Below the pieces are notes generated by a model that worked only from the letters and a program-made list of their open reading frames with translations, did not search any database and was not told where the DNA came from. Positions 38,390 through 49,167 of a stretch of 64,000 nucleotides of DNA are shown here, in pieces; position 1 is the first letter of the stretch, and each line of letters opens with the position of its first letter. This stretch comes from a bacterium (GTDB lineage Bacteria; Patescibacteriota; Patescibacteriia; UBA9570): assembly GCA_030698395.1 (NCBI GenBank), contig JAUYKW010000001.1, positions 29,735-93,734 on the forward strand, given 5' to 3'. Position numbers and translations under genes: made by a program.

Positions 38390-39157
38390 TCACAACCCAA
38401 GATTAGTTAATATCGGAAATTGATACTTCTTCCAATTCTCCAATGCTTGTTTTTGATCCACTTCACATTCTTCAGTTTCAATTAACATATATCCTCCATC
38501 GGGATGCTTATATGGAGTAACACTGTACACACATCCATCGTCATTTCCTTTTGTTACCACCACAGTCTCCGATAAAGTATTATTGTACACTTCATACACT
38601 ACGTCTTCCGGTGCATATATATAGTCTGTGAAAGGAAGAGCACTATAAACCATCGTTAAACTAGAATTACTATTTATTTTGCACGTCGCTTGAGACATAG
38701 TAGTAACCGGTTCACTAATACATGGTAATCCGTAAATTTCTGTACCCAGTTTCACCTCATAGATTTCTGTGTTCATGCGATAATCCCAAACTAACTCAAC
38801 ATCCGACAACATGTTCCTCACCTCTTGATAGTTATCATTTAAAATAAATGGATAAAGTACTAAAAATGGTAGCATGACAAAAAAAGCAATTGACTTAAAT
38901 GCCATCTTGCCTTTCTTCTTTGAATAGAGCCAGATACCAAATAAAATAATAACTGATGTAATAGATAGTGGCCAAAAATATAATACAGCAGACATGCCAG
39001 TTAAAAACATGCGTGGCATCACCGAAATTACGTCACCCAAATCATGATAAATTATTTCTCCATAATCAACCCTTAACCAAATAACTGCGCCATAAAAAAA
39101 TACCAACAAAACAATTAATAGCACTGCTAAAATAAAATCAACTTTGGTACGAGTCAT
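38390..39157 (-). CDS. Membrane protein (4 N-terminal transmembrane helices plus an extracytoplasmic domain), translationally coupled to the ABC-2 permease
   Basis: The start overlaps the permease stop by 4 nt; hydrophobic N-terminus. Confidence 0.4.
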   Translation of the reverse strand: MTRTKVDFILAVLLIVLLVFFYGAVIWLRVDYGEIIYHDLGDVISVMPRMFLTGMSAVLYFWPLSITSVIILFGIWLYSKKKGKMAFKSIAFFVMLPFLVLYPFILNDNYQEVRNMLSDVELVWDYRMNTEIYEVKLGTEIYGLPCISEPVTTMSQATCKINSNSSLTMVYSALPFTDYIYAPEDVVYEVYNNTLSETVVVTKGNDDGCVYSVTPYKHPDGGYMLIETEECEVDQKQALENWKKYQFPILTNLGL

Positions 39158-39981
39158 AGAAAAAAGAAAATTCCAAAAATATAAGGTAGTAATGCAATAA
39201 CTGCCATAACAGGATGACCTCGACGAGAAGAATTTCTACTATCCCAGTTAAACAAATACACTGCCATAATAAAAGACAATATCCCACCAGCAAACATAAT
39301 TAGTAGAGACCAAACAGAATTAAAATCTCCCGGCAAATTCATGCCCAAGTCCCGAAATGCGTACATTGCGTATGTAGCTGGAAATAATCTCGTAAAAGGT
39401 TGTATAACTTCTGGCATCAAACTATAAGATATCATCATGCCACTCAACAATATAGATGGTAAATAAATTAACTGCGCCCATAAAACTGTAATCCGAGAAC
39501 TAGAAGAAATCACGCCTATTAATACAGATAATCCCGCATAGGAAATAGCCGTAGCTAAAAATACCAAAATAAATAACGGCCAATTTGCAATTGCTGGAGC
39601 ATCAAATAACACCGGAGCAGTTAATGCAATTATTAAAGATACAACTGTCATGTGTAACATTGTGGTGAGAGTAGGAATGGCTAAAATAGAAAGCGCTGGA
39701 ATTCCATTAATTTTATAACTGCGAAAAACTCCCTTTTCCCGATCAGTCACTAACGGATCTGGCACACCAAGTAAAGTTGCAGACAAAATTGCAAATAATA
39801 CCATTGCCGGAATCATAGTTTCTAAAAATAAAAGATTTATCTCTGCCATGATGAATCCCATCAAGCCATAAAAACCCAAGGGCAACAAATAATTCATCAT
39901 CAACAAAGTTTTGTTCCGCATACCTGTGCGAAAGTGAAAAGAAAAATGAGTAGCAAATGCGCGAAAATTCATAGCAATCAA
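39154..39981 (-). CDS. ABC-2 family transporter permease
   Basis: Six transmembrane helices; coupled (4-nt overlap) to the upstream ATPase. Confidence 0.6.
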   Translation of the reverse strand: MIAMNFRAFATHFSFHFRTGMRNKTLLMMNYLLPLGFYGLMGFIMAEINLLFLETMIPAMVLFAILSATLLGVPDPLVTDREKGVFRSYKINGIPALSILAIPTLTTMLHMTVVSLIIALTAPVLFDAPAIANWPLFILVFLATAISYAGLSVLIGVISSSSRITVLWAQLIYLPSILLSGMMISYSLMPEVIQPFTRLFPATYAMYAFRDLGMNLPGDFNSVWSLLIMFAGGILSFIMAVYLFNWDSRNSSRRGHPVMAVIALLPYIFGIFFFL

Positions 39982-40889
39982 TTTGATGTTATTTCTAAAA
40001 ATCTATCCTCAAGCGATGGACGTTCTACTCGTAAATCAATCAAATCATCATTATTGCTCTGTAACATATTAATTATGGCAGATACTGTTTGCCCAATATC
40101 AGATGAAAAGAAAATATAATAATTATCTTTTTCATGCCAACTTTCAACTCCAGGAATATCCTTACCTACCTTGCTCAAACTATTTTGTTTGCTCTGCACT
40201 GATACTTTTATAAAATCACTTCCGCTAGCTGTAAGTTCCATCGGTGTACCAATAGTTTCTATTTTTCCGCGTAATAATATTGCCACCCGATCTGCCATCT
40301 CTTCTGCTTCTGCCATATCATGAGTAGCTAAAATTATTGTGGTTCCATTATTTCGTAATTCCCGCATCATATCGTGTAACTCCACCCGCGAAGCAACATC
40401 GAGCCCAGCAGTTGGTTCATCCAAAAATAAAACTTCCGGTTTATGAGCAACCGCTAATGCTAAAGCCAATCGTCTTTGCTGACCCGTAGACAATTGTTGA
40501 TATTGCACCGCTAATTTTTCTTTCAGTCCTAACCGTTCTAACAAATCGTAACGTGGAGATACATTATGATATGCACTAAAAAAATCCATCGCTTCATCTA
40601 CACGAATACTATCGGGCAAACCAGAAGTTTGCAATTGTACACCTATTACATTTTGTAATTTATGAGTCTGAGTAGTTGGATCTAAATCTAAAATCTGCAA
40701 CGTTCCTGAATCTGGAGTACGTAAACCTTCCAAGCTTTCTAAGATAGTAGTTTTGCCGGCTCCATTCGGCCCCAGCAAACCAAAAATCTCACCACGCTGC
40801 ACATTAAAGCTAGCATCATCAACTGCCACAAATTCCCCGTAACGTTTGGAAAAATTAGATACTGAAATAACTGAATCTTTCATTAACAT
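39978..40889 (-). CDS. ABC transporter ATP-binding protein (ABC-2/exporter type)
   Basis: Walker A GPNGAGKTT, signature LSTGQQRRLALALA, Walker B VLFLDEPTAGLD. Confidence 0.85.
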   Translation of the reverse strand: MLMKDSVISVSNFSKRYGEFVAVDDASFNVQRGEIFGLLGPNGAGKTTILESLEGLRTPDSGTLQILDLDPTTQTHKLQNVIGVQLQTSGLPDSIRVDEAMDFFSAYHNVSPRYDLLERLGLKEKLAVQYQQLSTGQQRRLALALAVAHKPEVLFLDEPTAGLDVASRVELHDMMRELRNNGTTIILATHDMAEAEEMADRVAILLRGKIETIGTPMELTASGSDFIKVSVQSKQNSLSKVGKDIPGVESWHEKDNYYIFFSSDIGQTVSAIINMLQSNNDDLIDLRVERPSLEDRFLEITSN

Positions 40890-40966
40890 ATTATATCACA
40901 TGTATTATCAGGAAAATCCAACGAAAAAAATAACATTGACGCAGAGGCTTAAATCTGGGATACTAA

Positions 40967-43900
40967 ATGCATAAAAAATACATTGTGAAGGGAAAAAAAG
41001 TTAAAAATCACACAATCGTAAATGCAATCAGCACGATATTTCTAGTTGTTCTGTTCGTCTTTTTTGCCCAGCCAACAATGGCTGCTATTGTTACCTGGGA
41101 TGGCGGTGGAACAGATGGTACTTGTGGCGGCGGTCCTAGTGATGGTAATAAAGGTTCCTGCGGATTAAACTGGAGCACTGACAGTGTGCCAACAAGTGCT
41201 GATGTAATAACTTTTGATGCTACATCAACAAAAGATATTAATTTTGATGGAGCAACTAATGTACTTGGAGTTGATATCAATACAGGATACACCGGAACAC
41301 TCACCCAAAATGCAGCAATTACAGTTGGCGCGAGCGGTTTTGATATTGCTGACGGCACATTTGCTGGCGGATCACAAACTATAGATATAAATGGTTTCTT
41401 AATTCAGTCTGGTGGATCTTTTACTTCAACTTCTGGAATTTTATATCTAAATAATGACTGGACTGTAAGCGGAGGATCCTTTGCACATAACAATGGCGGA
41501 ATTGAACTAGATAATAGTACTTTTAATTTAGATATTGATGTACTCACATCACTCACGTTGTATGATCTAAGAATTAATGGAACGACTAATACTGTTGAAG
41601 TTCAAGTAGCAGTTGATGATACCTTAATTGTTACAAACACTCTGCTCCTTACAAATGGAGAATTCGATACTGGCACCATAGAAGCCCAAAGTGGAATTAC
41701 GCATACTGCTACTTTTGATGGTGGTGCCGGCACTATAAATGTAACTGGTCCATTAGCATTTTCTCCGATTGTCGGAGGAGTATTACCTGGCATGAAATTT
41801 AGTCATGTTGGTTCATCATTTACTGGACTTGGATCTGGCACAACAATTTTTGAAGGCAAAATTAGTATGGTAGCTGGTACATTTAATAATGGTGCCGGTA
41901 CTATTTCTACAGCCAGAGGCTTAGATGTTGCTTCAGCTGCAACCTACAACCATGATGGCGGAACTTTTATTGTTACAAGTGGTCTTAGTAATAACCCTTG
42001 GGATTTAGATGGTCAAACTATTACATTTAATAATTTTACCCAAAGCGGTTATATAAAAACAGGTGCAGCAGATGTTATTAATGTTAATGGGCTACTTTCA
42101 CTGACTAATGGTGATTTTGTTGATGGTACAATACAACAAAACGGCACTTTTTCATTTACCTCCGGACACGATGGTGGTACTGGTGTAATTCATTTTAATA
42201 CTTTACAAAATATAAATCTCTTGAGTAATGGTGAGTTGCCAGGAGCTAGCCTTAATGTTTCCGGATCTTCAATTACCGGAATTGGCGCCGGATTAACAGC
42301 TGGACTGGAAGGAGATGTAACACTTACTAATGGAACAACTCTAAATGCTGGTGCTGGTACATTTCAGCTAGGTGGCGATTTTGATTTACAGGCCGGAGCA
42401 ACCTTTAACCACAACAGCGGAACTGTTCAATTAGTAAATGATGATCTTATTACCTGGCAGTTTACTGGCAATATTGTTTTTTTTAACCTAGAAAAAAAAG
42501 TTCAAAACAATGGTTCCCCTTCTATTGATGCGCAGATTATTTTTCCTGCTGGGCAGACTACCGTAATTGATGGAAATTTAGATATTTTTGGAAGTATTGG
42601 AATTTTCCCATTAGTTGATATTGTACTAAGAAGTAACTCGGCTGGATCGCAAGCAACATTAGATGTTAATGGATCAGTTAATAGACTTTCGTATGTTGAT
42701 ATTAAAGATATTATTGTAGACAACCCAGCTACTGCATATTGCGTTGTAGAATGCACTGACTCAGGAAACAATACGAATATCTATTTTGGTGATCCAGGAA
42801 TTATAGTCAGTAATATTTCTGGTAACACTACAGAAGCAGGCGGAACGGCTACATTCTCTGTTGTGTTACGTAACAAGCCGAGCGCAAACGTTAGCGTTGC
42901 TTTAGCCAGCACCGATACAGGAGAGGGCACCGTATCAACACCTAGCCTAACATTTACTAATGGAAACTGGGGTACGTCGCAAACGGTTACCGTAACTGGT
43001 CAAGATGATTCCGATGATGATGGCGGAATTGAATATACTGTTACAGTTGGTCCGGGCACATCTGCGGATGCTGCGTATAGCGGCTTAGAAGCTAGAGACC
43101 TGACTGTTATTAACGAAGATAATGACACTGCTACTAATGCAATTAACTTTGAAGACAATGCTAATTTTACTCGTGAAGATGTTTCAGATTCACTAGGTAT
43201 AACTACCTGGTCTCATTACTATTATGGCCATCTAGAATTAAATACTGATATTAGAGATTCAGTAATAAGAGCCGGGTGTAAAATTAATTTAGATGGCACT
43301 GAATATATCATCAGTCGTGTTTGGGAAAATGAAGCTAATGGCATGATCACAGTTACAGACGATCCTGCAACTAGCCCAGAAATTCTCGATACAACTTTAG
43401 GTGCTTTACCGGGAGTAGTTAATAGTATTTATTGTACAGACATTCAATCAACTGGTTTAGCTTTATCTACAGACGATTTTATCAGTACCGATTCTATCTA
43501 CTCTGCTGCGGAAAATCCTATCTATTACGATTCAACTAATAATGTAATATGGGTTTACAATGGTAACATTGATAGAGTTGATTTAACTACCAGAACCTTC
43601 TCTACCATAACTACAAGCGCCAGCTTTACCGGAGACATTGCTTTCGATCCGGGCCGTGATAGATTTTGGGTAACAAATAATAGCCTCGACTCAATTACCG
43701 CTTTTGAAATGTCTACTGGTAATCCTGCGTTCGGAACACTCGGAGCAAGCACCTTTGTTAGTAACGACAGGCCAAATGGAATTGTGTATGATTCTGTGAA
43801 TGATAAACTTTGGGTAGCTACGCCGGGATTATCAGATGTTGTAACAGTCCATAATCCTGCAGACGGCTCCATAACCAACACTATTGCAATGGTGCCAACA

Positions 43901-46900
43901 GATAACTTTGGTACCAGAGGAATCACGTACGATTCTGTGAACGATATTGTATGGTTAGTTCAAGAAAATAGTCTCTCATTATTAGCTATTGATGGCTCAA
44001 CCGAAACATATGTAAATGGCACTCTAGCGAATAGCACATTTTCAATAACTCCACCTGATACAGATTTTGCTAGTGGCAAACCACCAATCTATACACCCAC
44101 ATCAGATTCTGTATGGGTAATGAATGCACAATGTGAACCGGGAATATTTAATGATTACATTCATAAAGTAGATGCAACCAGTGGCAGAGAGCTTGGTCAT
44201 TATCCTGTAAGAGATTGTCCAACGCAAATAACCTATGATGCTACAAATAAAAGAATTTTCTCAACCAGTGATCATGATGGATCATTCTCTGAACTTCGCG
44301 AAAAAGATGGTACTCTGGTAGAAAGTCATGCTGGGATGGATTCATCAAATGGTATAGCTGTTGATGCAGAAGATGATATATGGATTACTCAGTATGCTAC
44401 TGCATTACACGAGTATGTGCGAGATGGTGTACCAGTTAATGAGTATTACACCACTATCACAACAGACCCAAATCAAATAGATGTATCTTCAGAAGCAGCC
44501 ATTGGTAGTGCGGTTGTAGATGAAACTCTTAACAACCAAAGTTTATTTTATACATTATCATTCGATGATCGTGCCAGCTTTAAAGTATGGGGATCCTGGC
44601 GTACTATTGCTTCTAGCTCCGTTGCAGATCATGGCGGAGTAGATGGTAACTGGTACTGGCGAGATAATGCAAATGCATGGTCTGCAGCGTCACCAAATAC
44701 CCCCGAGGCTGCTCTATCCGCTGCAATCGCCGCTGGTACAAACAACCAAATGGATGGTACTACATTAGCCAGCTTAGATAATGCCGACTTTGCACTAAGC
44801 GGAGGTTTTGAAGCTGGCACAACTCAAACACTGGATGTAGCTACTACCGCCTTCTCTGATGATCCTCATGATGCACCTGTAGTACGATCGATCCAATTCT
44901 TAACTGCAACACCAGGAATTACCGTTAGTGCCATTTCTGGTAACACAACTGAATCCGGAGGCACAGCCACCTTCACAGTTGTCCTCAACACAGCGCCATC
45001 TGCATCTGTAACCATTCCAGTTGCAACATCCGATTTAACTGAAGGCAATGTTTCAACATCTTCCCTAACATTTACAACAGGCAATTGGAGCACTCCACAA
45101 ACTGTCACAGTTACTGGTGTAGACGATTCCATTGAAGACGGTGATATCACCTACTCTATAATATTGAATACCACAACCTCTGGTGACGCAGGATACAATA
45201 ATCTAAATCCTGATGATGTAACCGTCGTTAATGAAGATGACGATATAGCTCCAATATTTGCTGGAACTATCAGTGATCAAACTTGGGATGAAGATACTGT
45301 ATTAGATAACGCATTCGATCTAGATGATTTTTTTACAGACACAACTAGTACTGGACTAACATATGACATTCTATCCACCGATGAGCCGACAAATATCGAT
45401 GTTAAAATTGCTGTCGATGGTACAGTAGATTTTACTCCGGACGCAGACTGGAATGGAACTGATACAATCACATTCACTGCTACAAACAATATTGGTACCA
45501 CAAATTCAAATCAAGTTTCTCTCACAATCAATCCAATCAATGACGTACCTGAGGCACCGCTCTCTGGATTCTCTCCACAAAAAGGTGATGAAACTTCAGA
45601 TACAACTCCAACAATATCTTGGAATGATGCAACTGATATAGATGATGCATCGTCAACTTTAACATACGAATTACGCATCGGTACAAACTCAGATCCCGAA
45701 AATAATTATGATTATACTTATAACTCTGATACAGGAGAACCAAATGTAGACCTCACTACAGATCTAACAGTAGGTGAAAAATATTATTATATTGTTCGAA
45801 CCATCGATCCTCAAAATGCTCAGTCTAGTTGGTCTACTGTGCAAAGTTTTGTAGTTAGTACTAATGAACCAATCATAAACCTTTCGAAAAAAGTTGGGAT
45901 CAATCTTGCTCTCGGTAATGAATCTTTACTCACACGTATGGTTGGTAGAATTTTAGGATGGCCAGCTTTTGCTGCCAATGAAAGTTACAGCATCTCACCA
46001 ATCTACGACTCTTTGATATACACATGGATCATGTCTATTTTGCTCACATTTATTTCTTTTATTTATGCCGGTATACATGGTAGACATCCATATAAATCTT
46101 TTAGATTACTAATAGTAAAAGCTCAAAGTTCTTATCCAGATATTGCCAAGACAAACCAATTAGGAATGTTTACAACAGCCTACTCCAAATACAGAATAAA
46201 AACATTCACAGCTAAAACATTAAACCGAGTAGGAATTATAGGAATTATTATTTCTACGGTCGTACTATCTCTGTCGTCACCGACTCTATCATTTACAGAT
46301 CAATCTAGTAGACCAGTTGAACCGGGTGACAAACTCACTTATGAAATATCCATTACTAATACAGGTAGTGGCGATGCCACAAGCTCAGTTATTACCGAGA
46401 GCCTGCCAGATAGTACTTCCCTAGTTAGTGGATCAATTTCTGTAAACGGACGTCACATAGATGATAACAAATTATCTGATGGTAGTGGTATAATTCCAAT
46501 TGGTACAGTTAGCGCTGGGCAAACAGCCACTCTGTCTTATTCAGTAACAATAAACAATCCAGTATCTGATGGACAAACTGATATTACTAGCCCAGCTAGC
46601 ACATTCTCTAGTAACGAAACAACTGCTAAATCAAACAGTGTAAAAAATCCTATCATTGATAGCTCTGTCGGAGGTACCATTGTAGATGATGCAACGAATG
46701 TGGCAATCGAAAATGCAGCTATCACTTTAATTGATAAAGCAGGAGCATCACTTGCTAGAGATACTTCTGATGCATCTGGAACATTCCTCTTTGCTGGTTT
46801 ACATTCCGGTGACTACACCGTAGTGGTAGATGGGCCAGATAATTATTCAAATGCAAATGTAGCTGTATCCCCGGCACAATCTGAAGACTTAAGAATTACA

Positions 46901-48319
46901 ATCAGATTAACTAAATCAGAAAGTGTTATCGTTGATGAAGAATTAGTCGAAAAAATTATTACCGGTGAGCTAAAAATAGAAGATTTAGACGAAGCTATTA
47001 TAGATGAATTACTAGAAGAGATATTAGAAGGACGATTAGATCCAGATAATATTCCTGATGATTTGTTAAGGCTCTTATTAGAACGTGCACTCCATTTAAA
47101 TTTTATTAATGGCAAACCTCTAGATTTAGAACATCCTCTCACAATTATTGTACCAATCGAATTTGCTGATGATGATACTATTTTAGAACTAATTGGTAGA
47201 TCGTACCCAAACAGTACCGTCACAATTCAATTATGCAACGCTGGCCTCTCGTCAAACTATGAAGCAAAAGCAAATGATGATGGCGTTTGGGAAATGAAAA
47301 TTCCAAGAGACTTAGTTAACGCCGGCTTAAATACGATAGTCGGTGAAGCATCTTTGAATGACGTTATATCAAAAAATATTGTCCTCGGGCACTTTGTAAA
47401 CGCAGCACAGCCCCCAACCTATACTTTATGGCTAATCTTCATCAACTTCTTCATCCTCTTGATGACTCTATTGAGTTTAACATTTGTCCAATGGTGGCGA
47501 GGTAAAGCTTTAACTGAAGATGAATTAAAAAAGAAACAATCCTGGAAGATATTTGTCATCTTCATATCACTTGTAGCAATGATTGTGTTTGCCTATATTA
47601 TTGTTGCATCATTAACCCAAGACAAAGCCCTACAGGATGTTTCATTCACGAGCAGAATTGAAGTACCAGAGCTAACAATTGCTAGCATTGATGATCAACC
47701 AGTAGAATTAAATACCACTCAAGTAATAGAAGCAGAAGAAAAAATAATAATTGCCGGAACAGGTACACCCAACTCGCATGTCTCAATAAATTTATGTAGT
47801 GGTATTGAAGCGTATGGTGTAGATATTGATGACAATGGCAACTGGCAACTAGAACTACCACTGAATGAGATACCTAATCAAAATATTGTTTATCAAGCAT
47901 CTCTTACTAAAGATGGAAAAATTGTTGTGCCAGAAACCGACTTATTCGAAATTGAAGTCACTGATATTTTAGCTGGCATTCCAATTTGGTTATTAATTCT
48001 CCTAGCTTTATTCTTTATAATATCTGCAGTACTTTTTGAATGGAATATTTTAACTCTATTTGCAACCAGATTAAAAATCAAGAAGGAAAACCAGAAAAAG
48101 CTTAAGAAAAAAATTGAACAACCTATCAAAACGATATCAGTTGCTAAGCCTAAATCAAATCCTCAAAAAAATGATGTTATTCAACTAACTTCAGAAGAAG
48201 AGATTAGCAAAGAAGAACCCGCTCCAAAACCTAAATCAAATTCAAGGTCAAAGGCAGCTACAAAACGAGCACCCCGAAAAACAGTATCCGGAAGAAAACT
48301 ACCTAAGAAAAAGAATTAA
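40967..48319 (+). CDS. Giant (2450 aa) multi-domain cell-surface protein
   Basis: N-terminal signal peptide. Gly/Thr-rich beta-helix-like N-region. Two Calx-beta-like domains (SGNTTEAGGTATFSVVLRNKPSANVSV...VTVTGQDDSDDDGGIEYTV and SGNTTESGGTATFTVVLNTAPSASVTI...VTVTGVDDSIEDGDITYSI). YVTN/NHL-like beta-propeller repeats (IVYDSVNDKLWVATPG, ITYDSVNDIVWLV, ITYDATNKRIFST). A DUF11-like domain (LTYEISITNTGSGDATSSVITESLPDST), a CarboxypepD_reg-like domain (GTIVDDATNVAIENAAITLIDKAG...SGDYTVVV), two small repeated Ig-like modules, internal and C-terminal transmembrane helices, and a Lys/Arg-rich tail. Confidence 0.7.
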   Translation: MHKKYIVKGKKVKNHTIVNAISTIFLVVLFVFFAQPTMAAIVTWDGGGTDGTCGGGPSDGNKGSCGLNWSTDSVPTSADVITFDATSTKDINFDGATNVLGVDINTGYTGTLTQNAAITVGASGFDIADGTFAGGSQTIDINGFLIQSGGSFTSTSGILYLNNDWTVSGGSFAHNNGGIELDNSTFNLDIDVLTSLTLYDLRINGTTNTVEVQVAVDDTLIVTNTLLLTNGEFDTGTIEAQSGITHTATFDGGAGTINVTGPLAFSPIVGGVLPGMKFSHVGSSFTGLGSGTTIFEGKISMVAGTFNNGAGTISTARGLDVASAATYNHDGGTFIVTSGLSNNPWDLDGQTITFNNFTQSGYIKTGAADVINVNGLLSLTNGDFVDGTIQQNGTFSFTSGHDGGTGVIHFNTLQNINLLSNGELPGASLNVSGSSITGIGAGLTAGLEGDVTLTNGTTLNAGAGTFQLGGDFDLQAGATFNHNSGTVQLVNDDLITWQFTGNIVFFNLEKKVQNNGSPSIDAQIIFPAGQTTVIDGNLDIFGSIGIFPLVDIVLRSNSAGSQATLDVNGSVNRLSYVDIKDIIVDNPATAYCVVECTDSGNNTNIYFGDPGIIVSNISGNTTEAGGTATFSVVLRNKPSANVSVALASTDTGEGTVSTPSLTFTNGNWGTSQTVTVTGQDDSDDDGGIEYTVTVGPGTSADAAYSGLEARDLTVINEDNDTATNAINFEDNANFTREDVSDSLGITTWSHYYYGHLELNTDIRDSVIRAGCKINLDGTEYIISRVWENEANGMITVTDDPATSPEILDTTLGALPGVVNSIYCTDIQSTGLALSTDDFISTDSIYSAAENPIYYDSTNNVIWVYNGNIDRVDLTTRTFSTITTSASFTGDIAFDPGRDRFWVTNNSLDSITAFEMSTGNPAFGTLGASTFVSNDRPNGIVYDSVNDKLWVATPGLSDVVTVHNPADGSITNTIAMVPTDNFGTRGITYDSVNDIVWLVQENSLSLLAIDGSTETYVNGTLANSTFSITPPDTDFASGKPPIYTPTSDSVWVMNAQCEPGIFNDYIHKVDATSGRELGHYPVRDCPTQITYDATNKRIFSTSDHDGSFSELREKDGTLVESHAGMDSSNGIAVDAEDDIWITQYATALHEYVRDGVPVNEYYTTITTDPNQIDVSSEAAIGSAVVDETLNNQSLFYTLSFDDRASFKVWGSWRTIASSSVADHGGVDGNWYWRDNANAWSAASPNTPEAALSAAIAAGTNNQMDGTTLASLDNADFALSGGFEAGTTQTLDVATTAFSDDPHDAPVVRSIQFLTATPGITVSAISGNTTESGGTATFTVVLNTAPSASVTIPVATSDLTEGNVSTSSLTFTTGNWSTPQTVTVTGVDDSIEDGDITYSIILNTTTSGDAGYNNLNPDDVTVVNEDDDIAPIFAGTISDQTWDEDTVLDNAFDLDDFFTDTTSTGLTYDILSTDEPTNIDVKIAVDGTVDFTPDADWNGTDTITFTATNNIGTTNSNQVSLTINPINDVPEAPLSGFSPQKGDETSDTTPTISWNDATDIDDASSTLTYELRIGTNSDPENNYDYTYNSDTGEPNVDLTTDLTVGEKYYYIVRTIDPQNAQSSWSTVQSFVVSTNEPIINLSKKVGINLALGNESLLTRMVGRILGWPAFAANESYSISPIYDSLIYTWIMSILLTFISFIYAGIHGRHPYKSFRLLIVKAQSSYPDIAKTNQLGMFTTAYSKYRIKTFTAKTLNRVGIIGIIISTVVLSLSSPTLSFTDQSSRPVEPGDKLTYEISITNTGSGDATSSVITESLPDSTSLVSGSISVNGRHIDDNKLSDGSGIIPIGTVSAGQTATLSYSVTINNPVSDGQTDITSPASTFSSNETTAKSNSVKNPIIDSSVGGTIVDDATNVAIENAAITLIDKAGASLARDTSDASGTFLFAGLHSGDYTVVVDGPDNYSNANVAVSPAQSEDLRITIRLTKSESVIVDEELVEKIITGELKIEDLDEAIIDELLEEILEGRLDPDNIPDDLLRLLLERALHLNFINGKPLDLEHPLTIIVPIEFADDDTILELIGRSYPNSTVTIQLCNAGLSSNYEAKANDDGVWEMKIPRDLVNAGLNTIVGEASLNDVISKNIVLGHFVNAAQPPTYTLWLIFINFFILLMTLLSLTFVQWWRGKALTEDELKKKQSWKIFVIFISLVAMIVFAYIIVASLTQDKALQDVSFTSRIEVPELTIASIDDQPVELNTTQVIEAEEKIIIAGTGTPNSHVSINLCSGIEAYGVDIDDNGNWQLELPLNEIPNQNIVYQASLTKDGKIVVPETDLFEIEVTDILAGIPIWLLILLALFFIISAVLFEWNILTLFATRLKIKKENQKKLKKKIEQPIKTISVAKPKSNPQKNDVIQLTSEEEISKEEPAPKPKSNSRSKAATKRAPRKTVSGRKLPKKKN

Positions 48320-48362
48320 CAACTTCATACATTTTAAAACACTGGCAAACCGTCGATGTTTT

Positions 48363-49085
48363 TTATTTACTAAATTTTTTATAAGGGAACAACAAGTACG
48401 GATCTAAACACATAGAACGATATTGTTCCCATTCACTGGGTTTTGCAACACCTGGAAAATCACCTGTCTTATTTATCATATCTGTCATTATTTGAAAATG
48501 TACGTGTGATGGCCATTGACCATTCTCAGTTATATCTCCTACCCAAGCAACACGCTCTCCAGCCTTAATAGTTTGATTAACTGCCAATCCTTTCAATGAT
48601 GTTCTAGATAAATGACCATACAAAGTATAAAAAATTAAACCAGAAATTTCATGCTCTAAAATAATTGTTGGACCATAATCTCGATAATTATCATTTATCT
48701 GGAAACTATGCACTCTAGCATCTAAAGGTGCATATAACTCGCTACCGGCTGGTAGCCAGACGTCATAAGCGAGATGAACAGACCTAGCTTCACCATCGGA
48801 AGTAAACAATGGACTATTACGATATACTAAACGATCCTCGCCATACTTCCCAATACCCCACGAAGTATTATTTGTATGCAAATGCTGTTGCACATAATTA
48901 TCAAAATCTTGATTACTATCAATATTAAGTTCATGCACCTCAACATTGTTTTCGGTAAAATCAAAAAAATATGGCTGCTCCAAAAAAAATGATTCTGCTA
49001 TTAAAGCCTTAATATCGCTAGATGATTGTTGTAAAATTGCTGTAACTTTAACAGCATGTTCTTTCTGCTGAAATGTAATATTCAT
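48363..49085 (-). CDS. M23 family metallopeptidase (LytM domain)
   Basis: LAYDVWLPAGSELYAPLDARV...GERVAWVGDITENGQWPSHVHFQI carries M23 HxxxD-like and terminal HxH-type zinc ligands. Confidence 0.65.
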   Translation of the reverse strand: MNITFQQKEHAVKVTAILQQSSSDIKALIAESFFLEQPYFFDFTENNVEVHELNIDSNQDFDNYVQQHLHTNNTSWGIGKYGEDRLVYRNSPLFTSDGEARSVHLAYDVWLPAGSELYAPLDARVHSFQINDNYRDYGPTIILEHEISGLIFYTLYGHLSRTSLKGLAVNQTIKAGERVAWVGDITENGQWPSHVHFQIMTDMINKTGDFPGVAKPSEWEQYRSMCLDPYLLFPYKKFSK

Positions 49086-49167
49086 AAATTTATTATATCA
49101 ATTAATTCAGGTGTTGTGTGGGAGTACTCACCAAAATGGCTTTCCTCCCAGCTATCCTCCTAGGACA

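Noticed and set aside
45850-46330. Stop-codon reassignment as the explanation for the fused giant ORF
   Set aside because: TGA (thiQ), TAA (pgi) and TAG (sigma factor) all terminate well-defined genes in this window, so the standard code applies.
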